In this document: in pieces, positions 9,918 to 20,507 of the stretch | Numbering within the stretch: position 1 is the first letter of the stretch | Layout of the letters: every line of letters starts with the position of its first letter | Assembly: GCA_028718605.1 (NCBI GenBank) | Contig: JAQULM010000001.1 | Span: forward strand, 337,073 to 401,072 | DNA length: 64,000 bases | Direction of reading: 5' to 3' | Origin: Patescibacteria group bacterium | GTDB taxonomy: Bacteria > Patescibacteriota > Patescibacteriia > UBA10025 > JAHIVO01 | Program-made: the position numbers and the translations under genes | The notes under the pieces: model-generated | What the model was told of the DNA's origin: nothing | Database searches by the model: none | The model's input: only the letters and a program-made list of their open reading frames with translations

Positions 9918-11489
9918 TTAATAGCAGTCGGGAAAAAGTGGCGCTGTCGTAACTTGGTAAAAATCAATCACAACAAGATCACTTGTACCCTCCATCCAGC
10001 CAGTTCCTGAATAGGGAAATGGGTTCTGGATCTGGCCGTACGGATGGTTGGTTACTCGGATTGTTCTGCTCGGATCATCGGCCGACAGTGCTGGATCTCC
10101 AAGCGAAAATGTGTCAGGGATCGTACACGATACCCATTCCACTTCTGTCGAGCTATCCATCTCGCCGACAGCAAGATCATCAATAACGACGGCTACGCCA
10201 TTCACTTCAACTTCAATATCTCTCCCCTTGCAGAGCGTCTCCACAATCGGATCTGGCAGTGGACCGCCGCCGTCACCACACTGATATCCAATCCGCAATG
10301 AGACATAATAGCCGTTTCCTTCCGGTACCGTGTCCGGAATCGGAGCGATAAATCCATAATTTTGCCAGTTGCTTGTTGACACCTCCCCCCAATAACTCTG
10401 CGGCCGTATTTCGCACGTGCCATCGTAGAACTGGCCAGGCGCACCATCCTCCGCCCAACACGCAATGTTAACCGTCCCGTCCGGGCACCACCCTTGCCAT
10501 CCATTCGCCATGCACGTTGCGCATGACGTCGTCTCGAGCGGGCATTGTGGGCCTGCCGCCGTCAACCCCACACTCATTTCCAACGCTCCCGAAGAATACG
10601 TCTGCCTGTTCAAGACAATATCTTTCACGATCTCCCCTTCACTATACAGGACGTAGTCATACAATCCGGCAAGCGGCACCTTCCAGGGCACTGTCGCGGT
10701 GATCGACTGCTTGAAACTCGAAACCTGGCCGACTGAATTGACCGCGATTTCAGACGGAAGGTCTGTTACGCGGTTGCCCTGGCCGTTCTCCGCGTCAAAA
10801 GGGATAACGCTTAAATCAGACAGGTCGCCGGTTTCCGATGACGAAGGCACAGCCTTAAATGCCTTGACGCGCATGCGGTACCCCACGGGCGAGATCGTCG
10901 AAAATACATCGAGCCGGGGAATAATCCACCCACGGCCGGTAATCGGATTGGGCTCGAGGTCGCTCGGCCCGATCGCAATCCGCGTGTTTTCTGAAGGGCC
11001 AATCTGGCCATTCTCATCCCACGCAATCCAGGAAACTTCAGCCCAACTCGCAGGATTATCACCCTCATTCAGTATCTCCACGGACCGAACCGTACTGTCA
11101 GCGAGCGGGTCAATGGCATTATAATAATCAGCCTGCACATACTGGTTCTCTTGAACCGTCTCGTGTTCAATAAACGAGGACGCCATATCGGTCCCGGAAT
11201 TATCATAGGTTGCGCTGCTGTCAAGCGTATCATTCTGCGATCGGATACGGTCGCGTGCCGTTCCGACAGTTTCCGTACCGCTTTCTCGGGTAACGCGTAC
11301 CGTGTACAGGCCACGCTCAACGCCTGATTCAGCGCCATAGAATGCGACGGTCGCATCCGTTGCCATGGTCGTAAGCCTCAATTCATTTACTACAATGATG
11401 GAAATAGTAATCGCGATTGCAGTGATAAATGAAATCACAAGTAGCGCATAGAGCAACACCTGTCCATCTTGTTTATTCAGTACCTTCAT
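9918..11489 (-). CDS. PilX/GspK-like minor pilin with Cys-rich C-terminal domain
   Basis: G|QVLLYALLV hydrophobic N-terminus lacking E5, and the PilX N-terminal motif AFYGAESGVE. Confidence 0.8.
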   Translation of the reverse strand: MKVLNKQDGQVLLYALLVISFITAIAITISIIVVNELRLTTMATDATVAFYGAESGVERGLYTVRVTRESGTETVGTARDRIRSQNDTLDSSATYDNSGTDMASSFIEHETVQENQYVQADYYNAIDPLADSTVRSVEILNEGDNPASWAEVSWIAWDENGQIGPSENTRIAIGPSDLEPNPITGRGWIIPRLDVFSTISPVGYRMRVKAFKAVPSSSETGDLSDLSVIPFDAENGQGNRVTDLPSEIAVNSVGQVSSFKQSITATVPWKVPLAGLYDYVLYSEGEIVKDIVLNRQTYSSGALEMSVGLTAAGPQCPLETTSCATCMANGWQGWCPDGTVNIACWAEDGAPGQFYDGTCEIRPQSYWGEVSTSNWQNYGFIAPIPDTVPEGNGYYVSLRIGYQCGDGGGPLPDPIVETLCKGRDIEVEVNGVAVVIDDLAVGEMDSSTEVEWVSCTIPDTFSLGDPALSADDPSRTIRVTNHPYGQIQNPFPYSGTGWMEGTSDLVVIDFYQVTTAPLFPDCY

Positions 11490-11496
11490 ATGGCAC

Positions 11497-12273
11497 CTAA
11501 TAATTGGTGTTCAAAACTTGCCCCTGCAGAATCCGCGACGAAACTGTTGTCTGCATAGATATTGTCCTGCCAGCTACGGGAATTTTTTCATCCGTACTGA
11601 CCGCTGAAAATACGATACGGACTTTTGGCTGGAAATTGTCTCCGTCGGTGTAATATTCACACCGCGTATCTCCTGCAACATCACACCGGTAAGAATCATA
11701 ACCGCTTGCGCAATCACTGTCGTCATCGCAACTTCGCTCGGCAACCGTGCTGAAAGGGTCTGCGCTTGGGGTGATAGAAAAACGCAGCGCCTGGACTTGG
11801 ACGTTGGCGGGAGTTATATTGGCCCACCCCGTACCGCCAATGAGCGCACAATCCCCCAGGTTCACTTCTTCGCAATATTGGACCCCGCTGCCATCGCAAG
11901 CATCGCCAGTCCGGCGGAAAAATACCGACCTGCCTACCTGGTCAGTCAGCGCAAGAATGCAATTATCCGTAGCGGCGGCAGGGTGAAGATCGATCGCCGC
12001 CGGAGTCCCGCTATAAAACGAGTAATCTATTTTACCGAGGCGCACTTCCTGGGCCATGGCTTCAAACAAATACCGCGTATCGCTTTGCAGTTTCTGCTGC
12101 GCGACAGTCCTGCGTTGGGACGCATTGATAATGACGTACACATTGATGACAAGCAAGCCTACCATCACAAAAATTGACAGCGATATGATCATCTCAATAA
12201 GCGTAAACCCAGCGCTGCCTTTCGGCTTCAGGAATCGCATCAAATTATAGTGGGTGGTATAGTTCGTATTCAT
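11497..12273 (-). CDS. PilW/GspJ-like minor pilin
   Basis: G|FTLIEMIISL prepilin motif; C-terminal MQTTVSSR strand. Confidence 0.85.
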   Translation of the reverse strand: MNTNYTTHYNLMRFLKPKGSAGFTLIEMIISLSIFVMVGLLVINVYVIINASQRRTVAQQKLQSDTRYLFEAMAQEVRLGKIDYSFYSGTPAAIDLHPAAATDNCILALTDQVGRSVFFRRTGDACDGSGVQYCEEVNLGDCALIGGTGWANITPANVQVQALRFSITPSADPFSTVAERSCDDDSDCASGYDSYRCDVAGDTRCEYYTDGDNFQPKVRIVFSAVSTDEKIPVAGRTISMQTTVSSRILQGQVLNTNY

Positions 12274-12280
12274 CGTACTA

Positions 12281-12904
12281 TTAAATCACCTGCCAATTAT
12301 ACAGCCGGTCTTCGAGCACTTCTTTCGTATGGGAATCACTCTTCGGCCAACGGATCTCTACGAGCACGCGGACGCCGATCTCGGTAGCGTACCCGCTATA
12401 TTCACCGTTACCGCACGTGTCAGTAGTACCGGGATCTGCGATCATTTCCCCATCCGCCCCATCGCCACAAATCGGATTCAAATATACTACACGATAAAAT
12501 TCCGTTGGACTGCCTCCCGGCGCCAGAGCCCCCTGAACATACATGGTGTTATCAAACCAAACTCTGGCGGCAGGATCGGAAAATCCAGTTGACACCACGA
12601 GCTCGGTTGGAGCCGTCGCCCAATTCGGAGGGTCAATCCGCGGAACCGTAACAGCTCCGACAGCCAATCCGCTGTCCCATGACGTGCTCGGCTGCGGATT
12701 GAGCCAGTTGCTATCCCGCATATTACGAGCAATTTCGATCGCCTCACGGGCAAGATTCGAAGCAATGAGCCGATTGCGGCTCTCCTTGGATGCGCGGATG
12801 CTCGTTACGATAAGAACGGCTGTCGCAACGAGCGCAATGACAAGTATGGTAATAGCAACCAGCATTTCTAGAATAGTTTGGCCACGATTGTTGATTTTTC
12901 TCAT
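12281..12904 (-). CDS. PilV/GspI-like minor pilin
   Basis: G|QTILEMLVAI, ASNLAREAIE.ARN.RD and C-terminal LYNW. Confidence 0.85.
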   Translation of the reverse strand: MRKINNRGQTILEMLVAITILVIALVATAVLIVTSIRASKESRNRLIASNLAREAIEIARNMRDSNWLNPQPSTSWDSGLAVGAVTVPRIDPPNWATAPTELVVSTGFSDPAARVWFDNTMYVQGALAPGGSPTEFYRVVYLNPICGDGADGEMIADPGTTDTCGNGEYSGYATEIGVRVLVEIRWPKSDSHTKEVLEDRLYNWQVI

Positions 12905-12917
12905 ACATGTATTGGGC

Positions 12918-13646
12918 TTAGAGCGAACATTCCCCCATGCTTTCGCTGATCTGGCCGGAAATTCTGTTGATTACCACCTTCCGGCACACACTTGAAACAT
13001 AGTCGCTCTGAACGAGGATCTCAAGAAGATTAATCGGCTGATCGCTCGCGTCACGCGCCTCGGAACCATTGAGGAAAAAACGGACGCGCCCCTCCGGAGG
13101 CTCGAATGTTACATCGAGCGTGACAGCAGCGGACGGTATGTAGGCATCATTCCCTAATGCAAATTGCGCGAGGTGTATGCCTAACGGCGTCAGGTTCTCC
13201 TCAATCACACTGTAGTTCTCGGCGGAACCGTCATACACACCATTGCCATCAGTATCACCAAATACAATATATCCCTCAGTAGAAGCCATACGAACCCCAT
13301 ACCCGCCGACGGGTACCGATTGCCGGCACTCGCCGTTTGCCCCCGAATCGATCTTGCAGTATTCACTGCTGTTGCATGGATCAAACTCGTGTGCTGTCGA
13401 ATTTGCTCGGCAGAAAAAAATGCTGTTTCCGCCGATAGTATACGTCTGCGCAAGGCGGAACCGTTGCTGCAGTTGCGTGCCTGCTTGGCGGAGATCGTTT
13501 GACTGCTCTCCGCGATGAAAGTTGACCATCACGAGAGTCGTCAGCAAGCTGATCATGGCGAGCACGACGAGGAGTTCGGCGAGCGTAAAGCCGCTTTCGT
13601 CGGCATGGCATGGCTTCTTAAAATGAAATAGCCGTTGTGTACGCAT
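12918..13646 (-). CDS. FimT/FimU/GspH-like minor pilin
   Basis: G|FTLAELLVVL, R.AQ..., GYGV, VTF.PPEG and VVIN..SGQI. Start at 13646 preferred. Confidence 0.8.
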   Translation of the reverse strand: MRTQRLFHFKKPCHADESGFTLAELLVVLAMISLLTTLVMVNFHRGEQSNDLRQAGTQLQQRFRLAQTYTIGGNSIFFCRANSTAHEFDPCNSSEYCKIDSGANGECRQSVPVGGYGVRMASTEGYIVFGDTDGNGVYDGSAENYSVIEENLTPLGIHLAQFALGNDAYIPSAAVTLDVTFEPPEGRVRFFLNGSEARDASDQPINLLEILVQSDYVSSVCRKVVINRISGQISESMGECSL

Positions 13647-14370
13647 CGAGTATTCTGTCTCCAAATATAAAGACGAGGATCGTTGCTGCCGCCAAGAACG
13701 TACCAAATGGCACCTTGCTCTTCCAACCCTTCCTGTGGGATGCGATCAGGCCGACGCCGACGAGTGAACCGAGCACGTATGCCATAAAAAGGGCTATGAG
13801 GAGTTTCTGGTACCCGAGCATCGCCCCCATAACCGCGCCGAGGCGTATGTCGCCGCCGCCGATCCATTTTCCCCGGGAAACCGCATACTGGAGGGAAAAA
13901 AATCCGCCGCCGATCGCTACCCCAATCACCAAGCTGAGAATGCTGATATCAAGGACAAACAGGGACCCGACGATCGCGATGCAAAACGCAGGTATGCTCA
14001 CGCGGTCTAAAATCAAGTAGTACCTCAAATCGTAAACAAAAATTATTATCAGAAGAGAAGCGTAAGCCAGTAATACATAAAATTCTGCCGACAGATCGAA
14101 ACGCCAGTATAATGCGAGGAATGTTAGCGCTGTGCCGATTTCAACGAGCGGATACTGCCAGGATATCCCCTTCCTGCAGTACCTGCATTTCCCCCAAAGC
14201 ATAAAAAAACTGATGACCGGTACGAGATCCCGCCACCCAAGGTCGTGTTTGCAGAGCGGGCAATACGAACGGCCCTTCATAAAGCTTACGCCGGCGTGCA
14301 GACGGTAAATCACGGCATTTAAAAAACTGCCCACCACTAACCCCAAAATGAGTACAAGCGCAACGACCAT
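13618..14370 (-). CDS. pilD: prepilin peptidase / N-methyltransferase
   Basis: GSFLNAVIYRL, RS.CPLC and CRYC Cys pairs, catalytic GGGD, PFGTFL. Confidence 0.95.
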   Translation of the reverse strand: MVVALVLILGLVVGSFLNAVIYRLHAGVSFMKGRSYCPLCKHDLGWRDLVPVISFFMLWGKCRYCRKGISWQYPLVEIGTALTFLALYWRFDLSAEFYVLLAYASLLIIIFVYDLRYYLILDRVSIPAFCIAIVGSLFVLDISILSLVIGVAIGGGFFSLQYAVSRGKWIGGGDIRLGAVMGAMLGYQKLLIALFMAYVLGSLVGVGLIASHRKGWKSKVPFGTFLAAATILVFIFGDRILDAYTTAISF

Positions 14371-14448
14371 AGTACCTCTCAGTATACCAAAAATAGCTCG
14401 AAAAAGGAATGTTCATTCGACATATCGAGCGCCACCATCGTACTTTTT

Positions 14449-14871
14449 TTATCGAATTCCGCTCGGGGAAAGCACGTGCTTGCCTGCGCTGAGGTCCTGG
14501 TACTCCTTTTCAAGCTGAAACGTAACTCCGTATTTGTCAGCCGCGGGAACCTCGCTTACCGTATAGCGGTACTTCCCCGGATCTTTGATTTCAGCAATCG
14601 ACGAAATATACGTTCCCAGATTGCACTGAGACACAACCATTCCCTTTGTGTTGCACCCGCTTTCAGCCGCTCCTTCATAGCTCGCAGTATCACTAAACAG
14701 AAGCTCGAAAGCGGCCTGCACCCGTGCCATATCAGAAAGCCGCATGGCATCACGTGCTTTCGCGCGCTCATTGTTAATGAGGAAAAAAGCGCCCCCGATA
14801 ACGATGCAAAAAACACCGGCTATTATAATTATCGCGGGCAATGAGATCCCTTTCTGTGATGGAACGTGCAT
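14449..14871 (-). CDS. pilin-like protein
   Basis: G|ISLPAIIII (no E5), KARDAMRLSDM, DP motif and F.LE. Confidence 0.8.
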   Translation of the reverse strand: MHVPSQKGISLPAIIIIAGVFCIVIGGAFFLINNERAKARDAMRLSDMARVQAAFELLFSDTASYEGAAESGCNTKGMVVSQCNLGTYISSIAEIKDPGKYRYTVSEVPAADKYGVTFQLEKEYQDLSAGKHVLSPSGIR

Positions 14872-14920
14872 AAGGTATTAAGGTATATGGTATTAAATAT
14901 GGTTCACTCTTAAGGAACGC

Positions 14921-15409
14921 TTAACCCCCTGGTAATGTATCGCATGACGCCGATTCACCGAAAACACCAGTGGAATAAAAAAACCGGGATGTATAATTCA
15001 CGCTTTCCTTATAAAAACACAAGATATAGTTCCGGTGTTCAAGCGTCTCGTTTGTATCATAGAAATAATGATAGTTGGCGTTATTGATCGGGTCGATGAT
15101 ACGACGTCCAAGATGCACAGGAACGAGCGGGTTACCAATCTCTGAAAAAACCGATCCATCGACTCCCGCATTACTCAGGTCCGGCCCGTTACCGCCGTTT
15201 GCGACGGGTGTAGGATACGCCTTGTGATCTTCGAAGTAGAGTGCGAGCCCGAGCCGAAGTTGGGAAAGATCTGAAACGCGCCGCGCATCACGCGCGGACT
15301 CATTCGCATCGCGGAGGCTGGTAAGCCCCATAACGGCAAGGATGCCGATAATCGCGATAACAACGAGCAATTCGATGAGCGTGAAACCGCGGTGAGATTT
15401 GGATACCAT
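14921..15409 (-). CDS. type IV pilin / GspG-like pilin
   Basis: G|FTLIELLVVIAIIGILA and ARDARRVSDL..L...L.LY...YP. Confidence 0.9.
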   Translation of the reverse strand: MVSKSHRGFTLIELLVVIAIIGILAVMGLTSLRDANESARDARRVSDLSQLRLGLALYFEDHKAYPTPVANGGNGPDLSNAGVDGSVFSEIGNPLVPVHLGRRIIDPINNANYHYFYDTNETLEHRNYILCFYKESVNYTSRFFYSTGVFGESASCDTLPGG

Positions 15410-15476
15410 ATAAACAATTATATCGACTATACGGTTATTATAGCGTAGCCGAAACCAGCGTCAATCAACAGAGTAA

Positions 15477-18434
15477 CTACTCAGTTTGCGCATCCGAATA
15501 TTCTTCCGGCGGCTGATAAGCTTTATCAAACATGGCGGCTTCCCCAAAATGCTTCGCCGCGCTCTCAGTATCCCCGAGTGAATCATAGATATGCCCGAGC
15601 CTGCCATGAAGCAACCCAATCTCATACAGTATCTCCTCTCTATCCTGCACGACCCAAATCTGCGAATCGCGAAGCGATGGATCATACCGTGAAACTGCAT
15701 CCTCGAGCAGTACGCGCGCCTCCTCGATTCGGTCGCTGTACGCGTAGGCAGAAGAAAGTAAAAAGTACAGCACTGGCTTGCCGATAGGGTTCAGCTCAAT
15801 CCCCCGCTTCAAATACCGTTCAGCCGCCGCGTAGTCTTTGGCGAGAAGATAGTAACGGCCAAGGCGTTCGTACGGTCTCCAGTCATGGCTGCTGAGGCTG
15901 ATCGTCCGCTCAAATTCTGAAACGAACAGTTGCCGGTACAACGATACGTTCTGGGCATCCGTCGCGAGGTAGTACGCCTGCGCAAGGCCGTAGTGTAAGT
16001 CGTAATTCAATGGGTCCAGGCGCTGCGCAGTCTTCAGCGATGAGAGTGCGGCATCGTACTCGAGATCTTCCATCTGGCGGATGCCGGCGGTCTGCAATGT
16101 TGATGAGGCGAACAGCAATAAACCGCCGAGCATGCCAAGGGCAGCCATGGCGGGAAGGGCCGTGCGGACCGCGCCGCTATAAACTGCGCCGACCGCTCCG
16201 CGTGAAATTGCTGGCTGTTCTCGCCCACGCTGGATTAGAAATAGTTTATACACGCATCCGAGGGTTATAAAAAAAATGATTAGGTTGGTCGGGAACTGCC
16301 AATCAAGTTCCACGAAACCGTGCGTCAGCGCGCCGAGGAGCCCCATGCTCAATCCAAGCATGAGCGCCTGGTCAGTTTTTCGCGTTAGCTGATGGATCTG
16401 CCGCAAACTGGCACCAATGACAAAAAGAATTGATCCGACAAACCAAACAAATACAATACCGCCAACGATCCCCAATTCTGTAAAAAATTTCAGGTATATA
16501 TTATGCGGATCAATGGAATAATAACGGATATCTGTGAGGTACTGGCGGTACAAAATTTTATACGTCTCGAGCCCCGTGCCAATGATCGGGTGGTCGCGGA
16601 ACGAATCAAGCGCACCCTGCCAGAAATGAAGTCGTGCCGTAACCGCATTTTCTTCCGGAGTTTCGGATGAAAAACCGACATCAGCGGCAACAGTAGACGG
16701 CGCAGTACCGGTCTGCCCGGCCTGGGCTTGTGCCTCCTTGACCTGTACCAACGCCCAGCGGCCCGCAACCACGATCAGCGCAATCATCCCAATAGTCAGG
16801 ATAGTGCGAAGTATCTTGCGCTTGCGCTGTATTGAAAAAAATAGTACCACCCCAAGCGGCACGATGCTCGATAACCATGCCCCGCGTGAATATGTCAGCA
16901 CAAAAGTAAGCGTGAAGAGCGCCATCAGTGCGCCATAAGCTATCCGGCGCTTGGTTGTTTCCGCAAAAAGAAGGAATGAAAACGCAAGCGGCAAAGCGTA
17001 CAGGAGAAATCCCGCAAACGGATTATGCTGATAAAACGTCGAAATCGCGCGCAGGTACCCGAAAAACTGCGTTTGGAGAAAAAAGTAAATTCCGATAATT
17101 GAAAGTATGACAGCGAGCAGTACGATAAGCGCGCCGATTTTCTGCGCTTCGGCGTGGGACGTAATAAGGTACACGGTGCCGAAAAACAGCGCAAGGTACG
17201 GCACCCAATGCATGAATGCGGCATAGCTGTCGTACGGCGATACCGAATAGAGTATTGAAGCAAGCATTACTAAGAGAAGAAGCGCAAGCGGAAGTATAAT
17301 ATTGAATCGGAATGGAATCTTCCCCTGCAGGGGTTGCTTCCCTGACCGGATGACGAAAAACAGAAACGCGAACGCCATGACGAATATAAACGTCTGGGCG
17401 AAGAGGTCGCGGCCACCGGTAAAAAAGCTCGGCACGATCGCGACAAGCGCGAGCATGATGACGGACATGAGCTCACGTGCGTTCTTGATTTCGAGGAAAT
17501 AGTACAGGACCCCGAACCCCAAGGCGAATGCCCGGCCGATGATGAAAAATGGTGCGAGGGCACCCTCGATGAACCCGACTCGAAACCCGCGGACTGTCAG
17601 CGGCATAACCAGGGCGATGAGTATTGCTACTTCAGCAATCAGGGCATACCGGACTTCCGGAATCAACGGCAAGACTACGGCAGTGAGGCATGTACCGAAA
17701 AATCCAATAATCTGTGCTTTCAGTGTCTGCGGGGTATAGGAATCACGTAATAGTTTCCTCGGATAGTTTTTATACACGTCCATCCGCCAGTACGAACGCC
17801 AGAACTTTATCCGAAGGTAATCCATGAACTTTGTAGGATGATCGTGGTATACGATAGCACTCCGGGTAAAAACGATTCGGTGTTGTTTTTCAGATAACTT
17901 ATATGCGAGTTGCACATCCTCACTCATCCGCAATTTTTCGTCAAATCCCTCAAGCGAACGGAAAACTTCCGCGCGAATCGCGCCCGCCGAGAAATCCATG
18001 AAATCCAGGCCTTTTGAGCGGGCCATTTTGTCATACCGCTCCTCAAACTCCACCTGCACGAGCCGCGCAACGATACCGGGCTGTTTTGTCCGATACACGC
18101 CCTTGACTGCTTGTACCGACGCATCGGCGAACGGCTTCGCCATTTCCTCGGCCCACTGCCTGTCGGCCTCACAATCAGCATCGATAAAAAGAAGGATATC
18201 ACCACTTGCTTGGCGTGCCCCACAATTCCGTGCAGCTGCAGGTCCCCGGTTCGGCTCGCGGCAGTACCGGACACCAGAAAACTTTCGGACTACCCGCGCC
18301 GTAGCATCAGAAGAGCCATCGTCGATGACGATAATCTCGTATCTGTCTCGGGGGAGCGTCTGATGGAAGAGCGACTTCAGGCACCGTTCAATAGTCCTTT
18401 CGCCGTTAAATACTGGGACAATTATGGAAATCAT
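15477..18434 (-). CDS. fusion: GT2 glycosyltransferase + O-antigen ligase/O-oligosaccharyltransferase-like (Wzy_C) domain + TPR
   Basis: N-terminus ISIIVPVFN..IDDGSSD..FIDAD..ED; multi-TM region with TFYQHNPFAGFL, LTYSRGAWL, R..FW..A...HPIIGTG and PHNIYL..E.GIVG; C-terminal TPR-like helices. Confidence 0.85.
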   Translation of the reverse strand: MISIIVPVFNGERTIERCLKSLFHQTLPRDRYEIIVIDDGSSDATARVVRKFSGVRYCREPNRGPAAARNCGARQASGDILLFIDADCEADRQWAEEMAKPFADASVQAVKGVYRTKQPGIVARLVQVEFEERYDKMARSKGLDFMDFSAGAIRAEVFRSLEGFDEKLRMSEDVQLAYKLSEKQHRIVFTRSAIVYHDHPTKFMDYLRIKFWRSYWRMDVYKNYPRKLLRDSYTPQTLKAQIIGFFGTCLTAVVLPLIPEVRYALIAEVAILIALVMPLTVRGFRVGFIEGALAPFFIIGRAFALGFGVLYYFLEIKNARELMSVIMLALVAIVPSFFTGGRDLFAQTFIFVMAFAFLFFVIRSGKQPLQGKIPFRFNIILPLALLLLVMLASILYSVSPYDSYAAFMHWVPYLALFFGTVYLITSHAEAQKIGALIVLLAVILSIIGIYFFLQTQFFGYLRAISTFYQHNPFAGFLLYALPLAFSFLLFAETTKRRIAYGALMALFTLTFVLTYSRGAWLSSIVPLGVVLFFSIQRKRKILRTILTIGMIALIVVAGRWALVQVKEAQAQAGQTGTAPSTVAADVGFSSETPEENAVTARLHFWQGALDSFRDHPIIGTGLETYKILYRQYLTDIRYYSIDPHNIYLKFFTELGIVGGIVFVWFVGSILFVIGASLRQIHQLTRKTDQALMLGLSMGLLGALTHGFVELDWQFPTNLIIFFITLGCVYKLFLIQRGREQPAISRGAVGAVYSGAVRTALPAMAALGMLGGLLLFASSTLQTAGIRQMEDLEYDAALSSLKTAQRLDPLNYDLHYGLAQAYYLATDAQNVSLYRQLFVSEFERTISLSSHDWRPYERLGRYYLLAKDYAAAERYLKRGIELNPIGKPVLYFLLSSAYAYSDRIEEARVLLEDAVSRYDPSLRDSQIWVVQDREEILYEIGLLHGRLGHIYDSLGDTESAAKHFGEAAMFDKAYQPPEEYSDAQTE

Positions 18435-19300
18435 TACGGTATAGTTTTTAGCACAGCACGGTAGTCTATTAATTCCCCGCTCTCTGGCAAGCGCCGTATG
18501 CCGAGTTCAAGCCGCAGTGCCGCACGAACGATGGCGCAGCTTGCTCTGCTGCGGTACTGGTAAAAAAAACGCAGGAGTCCGATCCGCTGGTTAATAAACT
18601 TATTATAGCGTTTTTCGGGCGTTTTACCTAAATCATGATGCATGACTGTTGCGTCCGGGCAATACCCGACCTGCCATCCTGCGCGGCGCATGCGGTAGCA
18701 TAGTTCAACATCCTCCATGTACATGAAATACCGCTCGTCAAACATGCCGGCGCGCTGGAGCGCCGTCCGGCGGATCAGCATGCACGACCCGGCAACCCAA
18801 TCCGGATACTGAATATGCGAATACACCGGCGCGCGCCGCTCAAAATATACAGGGACTACTGCATTGATAACCGGGATACGGTCTCCGATTAGTTTTAATA
18901 CCGTGGGAAAACGGCCGATCGAATGCTGCAACGTACCGTCGGGGTTTTCGAGCCGTGCGCCTGCAACACCCACGGCCGGATGCGAACGCAAAAATTCAAG
19001 GAGCGCATCAACAGCACCCTCTTTAACAACCATGTCCGTATTCAACAGGAGGACAAATTCTCCTTCAGACGACCGGATGCCCTGGTTGCATGCACGCGCA
19101 AAACCAACGTTCTCGCTGTTTCGTATGCATAAAACGCTCGGCAATTTCTCAAGCCCGGCAGCCGTGCCATCTGTCGAGTTATTGTCTACGGCGATAATCT
19201 GGGTGTCAATTTTTTCCGTCGCGCGCATGACAGACTCGAGGAACGGGACGATATACCGCGCAGAGCTGTGTGTTACAAAAATGATTGAAAGAGTACGCAT
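18434..19300 (-). CDS. GT2 glycosyltransferase (WbbL/rhamnosyltransferase-like)
   Basis: Motifs VDNNSTD, NVGFARACN, LLNTD, GSCML and FDERYFMYMEDVELC. Start at 19300 gives a TGATG overlap. Confidence 0.9.
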   Translation of the reverse strand: MRTLSIIFVTHSSARYIVPFLESVMRATEKIDTQIIAVDNNSTDGTAAGLEKLPSVLCIRNSENVGFARACNQGIRSSEGEFVLLLNTDMVVKEGAVDALLEFLRSHPAVGVAGARLENPDGTLQHSIGRFPTVLKLIGDRIPVINAVVPVYFERRAPVYSHIQYPDWVAGSCMLIRRTALQRAGMFDERYFMYMEDVELCYRMRRAGWQVGYCPDATVMHHDLGKTPEKRYNKFINQRIGLLRFFYQYRSRASCAIVRAALRLELGIRRLPESGELIDYRAVLKTIP

Positions 19301-20274
19301 CAGGAGTCTATGGAAAAATTCTCTTGCCACTCTCGGAATTGAGAGCTTCCTAACCGGTTCAGTTTCGCAACTAAAGCGCGCTTTCTCAACATCGCCGGGA
19401 GGAAACGAAGAACACTTAACTTGATCCGTGTATGCATCACAGCGCGCTCGAATACAGTGCCAGCAGTGCTCTGGTATGTCACTGGATTCCGCAGTGCACG
19501 CGGCCAGAGCGCGATTGGGTACAGCTTGATCGCCGAAAAAACCCTGTTCCGTCCCGAATAAAAACGCTTCCTGTTATCCCTCCACTGTGACGTGGTAGCG
19601 GACACCTTGTGGTACACCACCGCGGTGGGAATGAACATACATTTCCACCCAGCAAGCCGTATGCGTAATCCTAAATCTGAATCCTCGATGTAAGCAAAAT
19701 GGTCACTGTCAAAATAGTCATCGCCGAGTTTGGATTCCTCCAGCGCCTCCCTGCGATACAGTGCGGCGGCGGCGCACGCGGTCAGACACTCTTCTTTCTT
19801 GAAAAACGTATCAGATTTACCGTGCCCTCGCGGCCCGACTTTCAGGCTGCCGCGGTAATAAAAATCGCCCGCAGAATCAACGATCGTGCGGTTATCGAAA
19901 TACAGCAGTTTGCTCGCGCACACGCCAATCCTTGGATCAGCATCTGCGGCAGATACCAGTTCAGAAAGCCAGTTCTCCTTAACCTCCGTGTCGTTGTTTA
20001 AACATACGACGTACCGGCACCCTGGATCCTCGAGCGCTCGCCGGATACCAACATTATTACCTTCAGCAAAGCCAAAATTTTTTCCCGTTTCAATTATCTG
20101 AACATTGGAAAATTTCTCGCGAACATAGGCGGCTGAACCGTCAGTCGAACCGTTATCAACGAATAGTACCTCGAAGTCTTTATATGTTTGGAGATAAACA
20201 CTCGATAGGCACGTCTGCAGATGCTCGAGACCATTCCAATTTAAAATTATAATAGATACTCGAGCACTATTCAT
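19300..20274 (-). CDS. GT2 glycosyltransferase
   Basis: Motifs IIILNWNG, VDNGSTD, NFGFAEGNN, LNND and FAYIEDSDL. Confidence 0.9.
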   Translation of the reverse strand: MNSARVSIIILNWNGLEHLQTCLSSVYLQTYKDFEVLFVDNGSTDGSAAYVREKFSNVQIIETGKNFGFAEGNNVGIRRALEDPGCRYVVCLNNDTEVKENWLSELVSAADADPRIGVCASKLLYFDNRTIVDSAGDFYYRGSLKVGPRGHGKSDTFFKKEECLTACAAAALYRREALEESKLGDDYFDSDHFAYIEDSDLGLRIRLAGWKCMFIPTAVVYHKVSATTSQWRDNRKRFYSGRNRVFSAIKLYPIALWPRALRNPVTYQSTAGTVFERAVMHTRIKLSVLRFLPAMLRKRALVAKLNRLGSSQFREWQENFSIDS

Positions 20275-20507
20275 GAATCGTCTCCGTTAACATTTATCTG
20301 CTGACCAATTAAAATATGCATGCGTTTTAAACAATCGAGTACTGGATTTTTTATAAAAATGTTACGTATCAATAGTACCTCTCAATTCGACTAATATCAA
20401 GGTTTACAGTGATGCGATTTCATTGAATCATGCACTTGTATATGTTATAAATAGAACATGCCGAAACTTTAATTGCTGTTTACCGACAATCTGACACAAA
20501 TAAAAGA

